DNA from: Hyphomicrobiales bacterium
GTDB lineage: Bacteria; Pseudomonadota; Alphaproteobacteria; Rhizobiales; Beijerinckiaceae
Length of the DNA stretch: 40,741 bases
Assembly (NCBI GenBank): GCA_003244015.1
Contig: QHBR01000084.1
Coordinates: 1 to 40,741 of the forward strand
Reading direction: 5' to 3'
Part shown: positions 19,874-29,100 of the stretch, piece after piece
Position numbering within the stretch: the first letter of the stretch is position 1
Layout of the letters: the number at the start of each line of letters is the position of its first letter
Notes under the pieces: model-generated
Told to the model about the DNA's origin: nothing
What the model saw: the letters and a program-made list of their open reading frames with translations, nothing else
Databases searched by the model: none
Translations under genes and position numbers: made by a program

Positions 19874-21100
19874 ATGAACGCTCGCGGGCAAAAGCCCGAC
19901 ATGAAAACCCTGCATCCGGCAACCCAGCTCGTCCATGGCGGCACCAATCGTTCGCAGTTTGGCGAGGTCTCCGAGGCCCTGTTCCTCACCCAGGCCTACG
20001 CTTACCCGGACATGGAAACGGCCGAGGCGCGGATGAAGGGCGCCGAGCCCGGCTATGTCTATTCGCGCTACTCCAATCCGACCGTCGACATGTTCCAGCA
20101 GCGGATCGCCTTGCTCGAAGGAGCGGAGGCGGCGCGCGCGACGGCGAGCGGCATGGCCGCGGTCACGACGGCGCTGATGGCGCAGCTCCGGGCGGGGGAT
20201 CATGTGGTCGCCGCCCGCGCCATGTTTGGAGCCTGTCTTTATGTGGTCGAGGATATGCTGCCACGCTTTGGCGTTCCGTCTACCCTTGTCGACGGCGGCG
20301 ATCTGTCCCGATGGCGCGCGGCGATGCGGCCGGAGACAAAGCTCCTGTTTCTCGAAACCCCGACCAATCCATGTCTTGAAGTCTACGATATCGCGGCCAT
20401 CGCGGCGATCGCGCACGAATATGGCGCGCGCCTTGTCGTCGACAATGTCTTCGCGACCCCGATTTTGCAAAAGCCGCTTGCGCTTGGGGCCGATTGCGTT
20501 GTCTACTCGGCGACAAAGCATATCGACGGGCATGGCCGCTGTCTCGGCGGCATTATTCTCGGCGGCCGCGATCTTATCGAAAACGAGATTCATCCATTTT
20601 ATAAACAAACCGGTCCGTGCCTTTCTCCATTCAACGCCTGGGTTTTCCTAAAATCGCTCGAGACGCTTGCCTTACGCGTTCGCCAGCAGGGGCAAAACGC
20701 CGAGCGGATCACGGAATTTTTGAGCGGCCACCGCCATGTCTTCAACGTCCGCTACCCTGGCCGGCCGGATCATCCCCAGGCCGATGTCGTCAAGCGGCAG
20801 ATGTCGGGCGGGGGCACCCTCGTCTCGTTTGAGGTCCGGGGCGGCAAGCCGGCGGCCTTCGCTTTCGCCAATCGGCTTTCGCTCATCGCCATTGCAAATA
20901 ATCTGGGCGATGCGAAAAGCCTTATCACCCATCCGGCGACGACGACGCATCAAAGGCTGACACCGGAGGCGCGGGCCGCGTTGGGGGTTACTGATGGGCT
21001 TTTGCGCCTCTCGGCCGGGCTCGAGGACGCCGGCGATCTCATCGCGGATTTGGACGCGGCGCTGGAGGTGCTGGACAGCCAGGATCTCGCCGCCGAGTGA
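19874..21100 (+). CDS. metZ: O-succinylhomoserine sulfhydrylase
   Basis: YSRYSNPTV, ASGMAA, ETPTNP, VDNVFATP, YSATKHIDG (PLP Lys), NNLGDAKSL; GAGGAG RBS. Confidence 0.93.
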   Translation: MNARGQKPDMKTLHPATQLVHGGTNRSQFGEVSEALFLTQAYAYPDMETAEARMKGAEPGYVYSRYSNPTVDMFQQRIALLEGAEAARATASGMAAVTTALMAQLRAGDHVVAARAMFGACLYVVEDMLPRFGVPSTLVDGGDLSRWRAAMRPETKLLFLETPTNPCLEVYDIAAIAAIAHEYGARLVVDNVFATPILQKPLALGADCVVYSATKHIDGHGRCLGGIILGGRDLIENEIHPFYKQTGPCLSPFNAWVFLKSLETLALRVRQQGQNAERITEFLSGHRHVFNVRYPGRPDHPQADVVKRQMSGGGTLVSFEVRGGKPAAFAFANRLSLIAIANNLGDAKSLITHPATTTHQRLTPEARAALGVTDGLLRLSAGLEDAGDLIADLDAALEVLDSQDLAAE

Positions 21101-21311
21101 TGCGCATTTTTCTTTCGCGCACGAGACGCCCGAAGACCGGCTTGCCTCACAGTGGCCTGTCTCATAGTAACGATACGGAGAGCCATTCCGGCCGGAGAGA
21201 CGAAAAAAATATTTTAGCACCCAATAGCCGGTTCAGCTCCCAAAGCGCCGCTCTCTGGTTAGGCGCCTGGGCAGTTCCCTGCACCGCCAGATTGAACTGA
21301 GGGAATTGACC

Positions 21312-22019
21312 ATGTACTACGAAGACGTGCGACTGAAGCCCGGCGATACGGTCTCGGGGTTGACGACCAAATATTGTTACAAGGCCGCGGATTGGGGAAA
21401 GATTTGGAAGGATCCCAAAAACTCGGGCCTGGTTCTTGTGCGCAAGGATTCCGCCAATGTGCGACCGGGCGATTTATTGCACATTCCGATCCCTTGGAAA
21501 CTGGTCACCAACACGGTCACTCTGGAGGCGGACGGTGCGAGCATCGTGCTTGAGCGAGACGGGGAGCTTGGCGAGCAAGTGACGTTTGTGCAAACTGTCT
21601 ATAGTAATGACCCGAGTGTTGAGGGCGCCGGGCCTTTTTGTGTCGATGCTTGCCAGCCTGACGACGACGAACCATTTTATTTCACCGCCGCGGAGCTGAC
21701 GGCCGATCCCAACCGGCGCAAGCGTTTTCGGGATCGTTCGAGGCGGCCCACACCATCGGTCGAGCAAGGGACCACGAGGTGGCGCGCCGTGGTTTCGTTG
21801 GCGGTGGTGACCGGCCAGCGATTGACGGTTTACAAGTCCTACGTCTGGGGCTGGAATATGACTCCGGCAAATGTAATTACCACCTTCCTTCCCCGTGCGC
21901 GTGAAGCGACCGGGGAAGGAAATGATGGGACACACCTTCCCCGTGCGCGTGAAGCGACCGGGGAAGGAAATGATGGGACACATCAACTTGCTGCGGAAAG
22001 GGAAGGGCAAAACAACTGA
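21312..22019 (+). CDS. LysM-like domain protein with altered C-terminus
   Basis: N-terminal PGDTVS....Y....W..IW..P.N.......N.RPGD.L.IP resembles an extended LysM; C-terminus contains a 48-bp tandem duplication. Confidence 0.6.
   Translation: MYYEDVRLKPGDTVSGLTTKYCYKAADWGKIWKDPKNSGLVLVRKDSANVRPGDLLHIPIPWKLVTNTVTLEADGASIVLERDGELGEQVTFVQTVYSNDPSVEGAGPFCVDACQPDDDEPFYFTAAELTADPNRRKRFRDRSRRPTPSVEQGTTRWRAVVSLAVVTGQRLTVYKSYVWGWNMTPANVITTFLPRAREATGEGNDGTHLPRAREATGEGNDGTHQLAAEREGQNN
21887..21982 (+). repeat. Perfect 2 x 48-bp tandem duplication with an internal hairpin
   Basis: CCTTCCCCGTGCGCGTGAAGCGACCGGGGAAGGAAATGATGGGACACA at 21887 and 21935; each unit contains CCTTCCCCG/CGGGGAAGG. Confidence 0.95.
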
Positions 22020-22166
22020 TTTCAAGACGGTCGGTTGGGGTTTCCGCTCGGCCTGACTCCCAAGTGACACCGGCAACGCGAGGCGCAAAGGCTATGCTGA
22101 GCGAGTGCTGGACCGAATGGCCTTGGCGGAGTTTCGTCGCGGACCATTACGCGATCGGAGGCGAGG

Positions 22167-22422
22167 ATGAATAAGATATTGATCTTGCGGGGCAATTCTG
22201 CTCCGGCAGGGACATATCCGGACGAGCAAGGGAACAAAATTGCGTGGCCGAAGGGAGCGTTGCACGTGAAAGCCGCGTGCGAATACGCGAGGCGGAAAGG
22301 CTATACAGGAGTAGTGCTGAAAGTGCCGGGCCAGCCGTAGGGCACGCATAGTCCGCAGGCTAACGCGGTCTTGGACAGGCATAAGGGATTGTTTCTGCCG
22401 GACAAAGCGGTTACCGCGTTTG
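22167..22422 (+). pseudogene. Truncated hypothetical protein with an internal stop
   Basis: GAGG RBS, MNKILILRGNSAPAGTYPDEQGNKIAWPKGALH...VPGQP*GTHSPQANAV; runs into the opposite-strand COG4705 fragment. Confidence 0.5.
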
Positions 22423-22788
22423 ATCGTGCGGTTTGTCCAGCAGATCCCCGAGCGTTGCACCAAGCGGTCGCGTTAGAATGAACGCCGCCCAAAATAGCAA
22501 GGTGTGCGAGATTTTCGTGTAAAAATATGCGGCGGCGACAACCGCCAGACCGGCGGCGAAGACGACCGCACCGGCCTCGTAGCCGAGCCCGTTCGTGTCG
22601 GCCATCCAGTCGCCCAGTGCCGTGCCAAGCGTCTGCGAGAACAGTATCGCTACCCAATAGAACATCTCGACCCGTGGCGTAGCGACGGTATTGACGGAGA
22701 TGGAGCCCTCCGACCAGCGCCATACGGCAAGGGAGGCAATCAGCCCCGCGAACAGAATCGACGATCCGCCGAAATAATACAAACGCAA
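22411..22788 (-). pseudogene. Fragment of a COG4705/DUF347 membrane-anchored protein
   Basis: EMFYWVAILFSQTLGTALGD..AD...LGY and FWAAFILTRPLGATLGDLLDKP are hallmark repeat motifs; both ends missing. Confidence 0.8.
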
Positions 22789-23064
22789 TCCGCCGCCAGA
22801 TTACCCGGTCGTGTAGAAAGTGCCGAACGGCAAAGACCTCGAATCACATATGTTCGGACCCGAGTGGCTGCTCGATGATACGCCCGCAGATGATAGATAC
22901 CGGGATCTGCCGCCGTGTGTAGTAGAGGATGATGATAATTGAGCGCTTCCTCGCCCGATCGCACCATGGCGCCGCGCGGCTTGACGCGCGCCTTCCGCGT
23001 TCTTACCTTGCGAACAGTCGCGCGCCGGGTATTGTCCCGCGCCCGAGTTCGCGAGAGATGGCTC

Positions 23065-23385
23065 ATGTCCACCGTTAAAGTCACGGATGCCAATTTTGAA
23101 TCCGAAGTAAAGGCGGCCGGCGGGCCAGTTGTCGTGGATTTCTGGGCCGAATGGTGCGGACCATGCAAGATGATCGGTCCGGCCCTCGAGGAAATCGCCA
23201 AGGAAATGCAGGGCAAGGTGACCATCGCCAAGCTGAACGTCGATGAAAACCCCGGCGTGGCTGGAACTTACGGCATCCGCAGCATACCGACACTCATGCT
23301 GTTCAAGGACGGTAAAATGGCCTCCTCGAAGGTCGGCGCCGCGCCGAAAAGCGAGTTGAAAAAATGGATCACCGAGGCTATCTGA
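23065..23385 (+). CDS. trxA: Thioredoxin
   Basis: [16 protein letters not shown]; 106 aa. Confidence 0.97.
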   Translation: MSTVKVTDANFESEVKAAGGPVVVDFWAEWCGPCKMIGPALEEIAKEMQGKVTIAKLNVDENPGVAGTYGIRSIPTLMLFKDGKMASSKVGAAPKSELKKWITEAI

Positions 23386-23833
23386 CGGTTGCAACCGCGC
23401 CGCGTTTTTCGGGTGGCTCCCCGCTGCGGAAGCGAGAGGCTCGCTCAACTAGATCTATCATGTGAGCCGCCGCATGAATCGTCAGCGGGTGATGTGTAAA
23501 GCCCGGTCTCGGAGATATGTAGGGCGCCATTTCGCGAGCCAGTTCGAGCTGTCGATCCGATGCTGCGGCAAGCAGTGAAATCACCAGATTCTCCAACGCG
23601 ATTACGCGGATGTGGAGCGCCACCAGTTCGGCGTCGCCAATTTTTGCAACCGGAATTCGATCTTCGACCGATGTCGGAGCCATCTGCGGACCGCATGGCC
23701 CGGCACCCCCCTCGTTGTCCCATCTGGTCAGCGCTCGTTGACGCTGCGGCGAGTCGTCGGGGGCATCGGAGCCTTGGCGAGACATACGGTTATCTCCTTC
23801 GAAGGGCATTTGAATCAGTTCGAACGTCGTCAT
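23378..23833 (-). CDS. Hypothetical protein
   Basis: RWDNEGGAG and [11 protein letters not shown]...ISPRPG..HPLT; overlaps the stop of the upstream CBS gene. Start may be at a later Met. Confidence 0.6.
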   Translation of the reverse strand: MTTFELIQMPFEGDNRMSRQGSDAPDDSPQRQRALTRWDNEGGAGPCGPQMAPTSVEDRIPVAKIGDAELVALHIRVIALENLVISLLAAASDRQLELAREMAPYISPRPGFTHHPLTIHAAAHMIDLVERASRFRSGEPPEKRGAVATVR

Positions 23834-24263
23834 TGATAACCGATGTTCATCACATAGTCACGAAGGAGAGTTTCCTCGTTCTACACTTCGCCCAGCAAGT
23901 TCTGGAGAGCATCTCGCGCATAGATGATCCCGATTGGTTTCCTGCACTGATCGACAACCGGAATGCGTTGCAGTTCATCGCCTACCAGACATCGTGCAGC
24001 GACTCGCTCGGCCGGCAGGAGATGACGTCGCGCGTCATGATCGTGTCCACCCTGGCCGTGCAGCCACCTCCGCTGCACTGCCTGATCTGCCCAACGATGT
24101 CGGTCTTCGTGACGACGCCGACCATACCTCCGTCGTCGTCACACACTACGACGAGATCGGTGTGAGGCTCGGACATGAGGTCGGCCGCGTCCCTCACGAA
24201 GGCTCCGGCGCCGATCGTCGCGAGGCGCTCACGCGCTCTAGGCAACATCTTCTCGGCAAACAT
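23830..24263 (-). pseudogene. CBS-domain protein with stops and a frameshift
   Basis: MFAEKML...GVVTKTDIV...IMTRDVISC...DVW* then, in a shifted frame, LQRIPVVD...[32 protein letters not shown]. Confidence 0.8.
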
Positions 24264-24366
24264 TCCTGCCCTCTCTTTACGGGAGCACTTCCATTGCGCT
24301 TGATCCGGCAGGACTGTGCGCTCCTTGAGAGCAAAGCGCAAACCTTAACATCGCTCGGGCCGTCGC

Positions 24367-24503
24367 CGGACGGCGTAGCGTATTCCTCGCGTCCCCTGAT
24401 GAAATGGCAGCCGGTAAGGGGACGGCTGGCGAGGGGACTTGTCCGTGTTGCCTGCCGCCTCACGGCAGGAAGCAAAAAAGACCTCGCGCGAGGTCTTTTT
24501 TTT
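24367..24503 (+). ncRNA. Candidate structured RNA (sRNA or leader) upstream of queE
   Basis: Stems GTCCCCT/AGGGGAC, CAGCCG/CGGCTG and CCTGCCG/CGGCAGG followed by a strong terminator, in a divergent intergenic region. Confidence 0.4.
24474..24503. terminator. Bidirectional intrinsic terminator
   Basis: Perfect palindrome AAAAAAGACCTCGCGCGAGGTCTTTTTT with a T8 tail. Confidence 0.85.
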
Positions 24504-24580
24504 GTGGAGGGTGTCGTTAATTCTTTGGAGAGGACGGGTTTCAACTTGTCGATATTGTGTGGGCTGCGGTGGGCGAGCGC

Positions 24581-25216
24581 ATGAGCAAATATGCGGTGAA
24601 GGAAATCTTCCTGACGTTGCAGGGCGAAGGCGCGAACGCTGGACGCGCCGCCGTGTTTTGCCGCTTTGCCGGCTGTAATCTCTGGTCCGGCCAGGAAAAG
24701 GATCGCTCCTCCGCCACCTGCGGTTTCTGCGACACCGATTTCGTTGGCATGGATGGGACGGGCGGCGGCAGCTTTGTTGACGCGGCAGCCCTTGCCACGG
24801 CAATTGAGAACGTTTGGGCGGGCGGCAAAGAGAACCGCTTCGTGGTTTTCACCGGCGGCGAGCCTTTGTTGCAGCTCGATGAAGCGCTGATCGCCGCGGT
24901 CCATGCGCGGCGTTTTGACGCCGCCGTCGAAACCAATGGCACGCTGCCGCCGCCGCTAGGCCTCGACTGGATTTGCGTCAGCCCCAAGGCAGGCGCGCCG
25001 CTCGTTGCCAACTCGGGGTCCGAACTGAAACTCGTTTTCCCGCAACAAGGTCTGACGCCGGAGGATCTTTCGGGGCTTGCTTTCTCGAATTTCTGGTTGC
25101 AGCCGATGGACGGCTGCGACCTTGCCGCGAATACGGCGGCGGCAATCGCATATTGTCTCGATCACCCGCGCTGGCGGCTTAGCCTGCAAACCCATAAGTT
25201 CATCGGCATGCCATGA
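24581..25216 (+). CDS. queE: 7-carboxy-7-deazaguanine synthase (radical SAM)
   Basis: EIFLTLQGEG, RFAGCNL, CX14CX2C cluster motif, TGGEPLLQ, ETNG, VSPK, LSLQTHK. Confidence 0.95.
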   Translation: MSKYAVKEIFLTLQGEGANAGRAAVFCRFAGCNLWSGQEKDRSSATCGFCDTDFVGMDGTGGGSFVDAAALATAIENVWAGGKENRFVVFTGGEPLLQLDEALIAAVHARRFDAAVETNGTLPPPLGLDWICVSPKAGAPLVANSGSELKLVFPQQGLTPEDLSGLAFSNFWLQPMDGCDLAANTAAAIAYCLDHPRWRLSLQTHKFIGMP

Positions 25217-25226
25217 AGGTTGTTTT

Positions 25227-25583
25227 GTGAAGATCTCGCAGGCCTTCCGTTTCGAGGCGGCGCACACTCTGCCCTATGTCGCGGAAGAACACCGCTGTCG
25301 CCGGCTGCATGGGCATTCCTATCGCGTGGAATTGAGGCTTGAGGGTCCTGTCGATCCGGTCACCGGCTTTGTCGCCGATTTCCTCGCGATCGAGGCCGCG
25401 TTCAAATCTTTGCTTGAGCAGCTCGACCATCAATATTTGAACGATATCGAGGGACTCGAAAACCCCACGGCGGAAAATATCGCGATCTGGATCTGGGAGC
25501 GGACCAAGACCCCCCTGCCCCAGCTTGTGCGCGTCGTCGTGTTCGAGACGCAGGATTGCTTCGCGGAATACGACGGAAATTGA
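25227..25583 (+). CDS. queD: 6-carboxytetrahydropterin synthase
   Basis: FEAAH.L....CRRLHGHSY, LDHQYLND, ENPTAEN, ET; GTG start at 25227. Confidence 0.93.
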   Translation: MKISQAFRFEAAHTLPYVAEEHRCRRLHGHSYRVELRLEGPVDPVTGFVADFLAIEAAFKSLLEQLDHQYLNDIEGLENPTAENIAIWIWERTKTPLPQLVRVVVFETQDCFAEYDGN

Positions 25584-26498
25584 GTGCGGCTTTCCACCCG
25601 GCCGGCGGAGGCGGCGCCCTTCGCTTATGTCACGAATGGGAATTCCAACACTGTCTCGGTGATCGACACGGCCACAAAAAAGGTTGTGGCCACGGTCCTG
25701 GTGGGGAATTCACCCGAAGGGGACGCCGTCACCCCGGACGGGAAACATGCCTATGTCGCGAATGCGGGCTCCGGCAATGTTTCGGTGATCAAAACGGCCA
25801 ACAACAAGGTGGTGGCCGCGATTCTGGTGGGAAATTTGCCCACTGGGATCGCCATCACCCCGGACGGGAAACACGCCTATGTGACGAATAACGGCGACGG
25901 CACTGTCTCGATGATCGCCACGGCCACCAACACGGTGGTGGCCGCGGTTCTGGTGGGGAATAACCCCCTTTTCATCGCCGTCACTCCGGACGGGACACAC
26001 GCCTATGTCGCGAATGGGGGCTCCGGCAATGTTTCGGTGATCAAAACGGCCACCAACAAGGTGGTGGCCACGATCCCGGTGGGGAACGTCCCCGAAGGGG
26101 TCGCCATCGCCCCGGATGGGACACACGCCTATGTCGCGAATGGTGGCTCCGGCAATGTTTCTGTGATCAAAACGGCCACCAACAAGGTGGTGGCCACGAT
26201 CCCGGTGGGGAATAACCCCCGTGTGATCGCCGTCACCCCGGATGGGACACACGCCTATGTCACGAATGGTAACTCCGCCCCCGTTTCGGTGATCGACACG
26301 GCCACAAAAAAGGTGGTGGCCACGGTTCTGGTGGGGAATTCACCCACTGGGGTAGCCTTCACCCCGGATGGGACACACGCCTATGTCGCGAATGAAAACT
26401 CCGGCAATGTTTCGGTGATCAAAACGGCCCCCAACAAGGTGGTGGCCACGATCCCGGTGGGGAATGAACCCATTTCCGTGGGCATTGGGCCGCCATGA
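25584..26498 (+). CDS. YVTN/YncE-type 7-bladed beta-propeller, lacking most of its signal peptide
   Basis: Seven 42-aa (126-bp) repeats AYV.N....VSVI.TA..KVVA.I.VGN.P..IA.TPDG; begins on the base after the queD stop with only STRPAEA of a leader. Confidence 0.85.
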   Translation: MRLSTRPAEAAPFAYVTNGNSNTVSVIDTATKKVVATVLVGNSPEGDAVTPDGKHAYVANAGSGNVSVIKTANNKVVAAILVGNLPTGIAITPDGKHAYVTNNGDGTVSMIATATNTVVAAVLVGNNPLFIAVTPDGTHAYVANGGSGNVSVIKTATNKVVATIPVGNVPEGVAIAPDGTHAYVANGGSGNVSVIKTATNKVVATIPVGNNPRVIAVTPDGTHAYVTNGNSAPVSVIDTATKKVVATVLVGNSPTGVAFTPDGTHAYVANENSGNVSVIKTAPNKVVATIPVGNEPISVGIGPP

Positions 26499-26504
26499 AC
26501 CTGG

Positions 26505-26859
26505 AGGCGCCGCGCCATAGCGGATTTTCGAGTTCGGAGCGAAACTTGAAACTCACCGGGCGCAAAATCAATGCGGCGAGAGCGAGGAACATAGCGAGAT
26601 AAAAGCCGGAGAAAGCGACCGCATAGAGCATCGGCCAGGCGGCGAAGCTGGCGCCGGCACCAAGGATCAGCCAGACCTGATTGCCTTCCCAGACCGGACC
26701 GATCGTGTTCAGGACGATCCTGCGTTCGTTGTCCGTCCGCGCGACAAAGGGCAGGAGCATGGCGGCGCCGATGTCGAAACCATCCATGACCGCAAAGCCG
26801 ATAAGCAAGGTGCCGAGCAGCAGCCACCAGACGAGCCGCAAGGTTTCATAGTCGAACAC
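26505..26859 (-). pseudogene. cydB: Cytochrome bd oxidase subunit II 5' fragment (a probable cydA tail lies at 26879-26947)
   Basis: FDYETLRLVWW...MDGFDIG...IGPVWEGNQVWLI...FAAWP..YA..FSGFY...RPVSFKFRS; homology stops after about 118 codons. Confidence 0.9.
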
Positions 26860-27080
26860 GGCGCGTTCCTTTCGAATGCTATTCGGCGCTCCCCGCGGCG
26901 GACGCCGCCCGGGCGTGCGGTTCAGACAGAGTTTCTCCCGGGCCAAGAAAGGCCAAGACCTGGATCGTTTACGGGATCAATGAACGTGGACGCCGTGTCG
27001 GGAAAGCACTGCGCCGACTGGTCTCAAGCCCGACGCGTTTAAGGTCCGCTCCGTCCAAGGCCTAACAATGGAGAGAACCC

Positions 27081-27993
27081 ATGCTTACACTGCACCGGCG
27101 CGGTTCGAAGCGCCACCGCGCCACCGCAGGCACAGGCGCCTGCGTGATCGCATTGACATCAACAGGGATTCCCACGCTGGCCCATGCCGGCGAGACCGCG
27201 ACTCCGATCGAACATGTGATCGTCATCATCGGCGAAAACTGGAGCTTCGATTCCCTCTTCGCCACCTATAAGCCCGCCAAAAAAGGCGAAAGCGTTTTGA
27301 ATCTACTGTCGAAGAAGATCGTCAAAGCTGATGGCTCGCCCAGGGCCGAATTACGGCGATGCGCTTCAATACAAGGCGTACGACTTCGGAAAATACAAAT
27401 TCGCCCCGCCAAAAACACCCTATGAGATATTGCCTCCGGCGGCATCCGGGGGCCCTGCCACGCCCTTTGTTTGCAAAGCCCTCGGCGTTAGGTCCGGCAC
27501 GTCCTGCGTCACTGACGCCAATGTGGCATTTGCCAAAACTATCGAAAACGGTCTGCCGAATGATTTTTACAAATATCTCCTGACCGGCGGCACAGGCCAA
27601 CAACATGGAGTTCCGGACGCCCGCATCAACTATGATGGCCACGACGCGAGCCATTTGCCGCCCGGACCGTTCCAAATCACCTCGAAAACCTTTCCCTATG
27701 ATGCCTATTCGGCAAGCCCAGTCCGGCATCCAGCTCGTGCGGCACGGCCAAAACTGGAAGGCGGTTTCGGGATCGAGACCGGCGTCGACGAATGCGGCAG
27801 CCATTACGATTCGGGCTATGTCCAGCCGCTCGATTCGATTCTGAAATTCATCGAGCGGAACTGGCGTCTGCGGCCGATCACCGAGCGCGGCCAGGATAAT
27901 CTGTCCAATCCGGTTGCGGCCGCCGGCAACCCCTATGTTCCCGCCAACAGCCCGGCAATCGGCGATCTGTTCAGCATGTTCCGGTGCGATTAA
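27081..27993 (+). pseudogene. Phospholipase C / phosphoesterase family remnant
   Basis: TPIEHVIVIIGENWSFD (usually ENRSFD), frameshift near 27340, then DE.G..YDSGYVQPLD fused to SILKFIERNW...IGDLFSMF; large internal deletions. Confidence 0.8.
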
Positions 27994-28108
27994 TCACGAT
28001 CGCGGGTTCACATTGCGGGGCCCGGGGAATAGATACAGTATCCGCCCGTGCGACGCGGTCTGGGGAATTCTGGCGAATAATGCTGGAATAATTGAGGAGA
28101 TATAACTT

Positions 28109-29100
28109 ATGCATAGCAATAATAGTAACGGCAACGGTGCCGCGCGGGCGCGGGGTTTTGCGGCCCTCTGGGCCGTGCTGGCGGTGGGGCTGGGCTTGGC
28201 GGTCTTCCCGGCGGAGGCGGCGCCCTTCGCCTACGTCGCGAATGGGAGTTCCAACACTGTCTCGGTGATAAACACGGCCACAAAAACAGTGGTAGCAACG
28301 ATCGCGGTGGGGAGTGTGCCCGATGGGATCGCCGTCACCCCGGACGGGAAACATGCCTATGTCGCGAACGCGAGTTCCAACACTGTTTCGGTGATCCGCA
28401 CGGCCACCAACACGGTAGTGGGGTTACCGATCCCGGTGGGGGGTAACCCCGGTGGGATCGCCTTCCCTCCGGACGGGACACGCGCCTATCTCACGAATTT
28501 CAATTCCAACAATGTTTCGGTGATCCGCACGGACACCCGCACGGTGGTGAAGACGGTTCCGGTGGGGACTGGCGCCGATGCGGTCGCCGTCACCCCGGAC
28601 GGGACACACGTCTTTGTCGCGAATTTTACCGCCAATACTGTTTCGGTGATTGCCAGGCCCGTTGAGGCCACGATTCCGGTGGGGAATGGTCCCAGTGGGA
28701 TCGCCGTCACCCCGGACGGGACGCGCGCCTATGTCACTAATTTCTTCTCCAACAATGTTTCGGTGATCCGCACGGACACTAACACGGTGGTGCACACGGT
28801 CGGGGTGGGGGCTAAACCCGTCGGGGTCGCCTTCACCCCGGATGGGATGCACGTCTATGTCGCGAATCTGCGTTCCAACAATGTTTCGGTGATTGCCAGG
28901 CCTGGCAACACAGTGGTGGCCACGGTTCCGGGGGGATTGGTCCCAATGCGATCGCCGTCACCCCGGACGGGAAACACGCCTATGTCGCAAATCGGCATTC
29001 CGGCACTGTCTCGGTGATCCGCACGGCCACCAACACGGTGGTGGTGGCGACGGTTTCGGTCGGGAGTACTCCCTTTGCCGTGGGGATTGTGCCGCCATAA
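28109..29100 (+). pseudogene. Secreted YVTN 7-bladed beta-propeller with a frameshift before the last blade
   Basis: GAGGAG RBS, signal peptide ending AEA-AP, 42-aa repeats. CCGGTGGGG has become CCGGGGGG at about 28930; the last blade continues in another frame to TAA at 29100. Confidence 0.85.

Noticed and set aside
21887-21982. CRISPR-like palindromic repeat
   Set aside because: Two abutting copies with no spacer, inside a coding region, and no cas genes.
24396-24440. Hammerhead ribozyme (CTGATGA core)
   Set aside because: No GAAA follows the putative stem II.
24581-25216. Non-canonical CX14CX2C radical SAM motif as a novelty
   Set aside because: Already described for the minimal Burkholderia-type QueE.
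25584-29100. Diversity-generating retroelement acting on the propeller genes
   Set aside because: No reverse transcriptase or template repeat in the window, and differences between repeats are not restricted to adenines.
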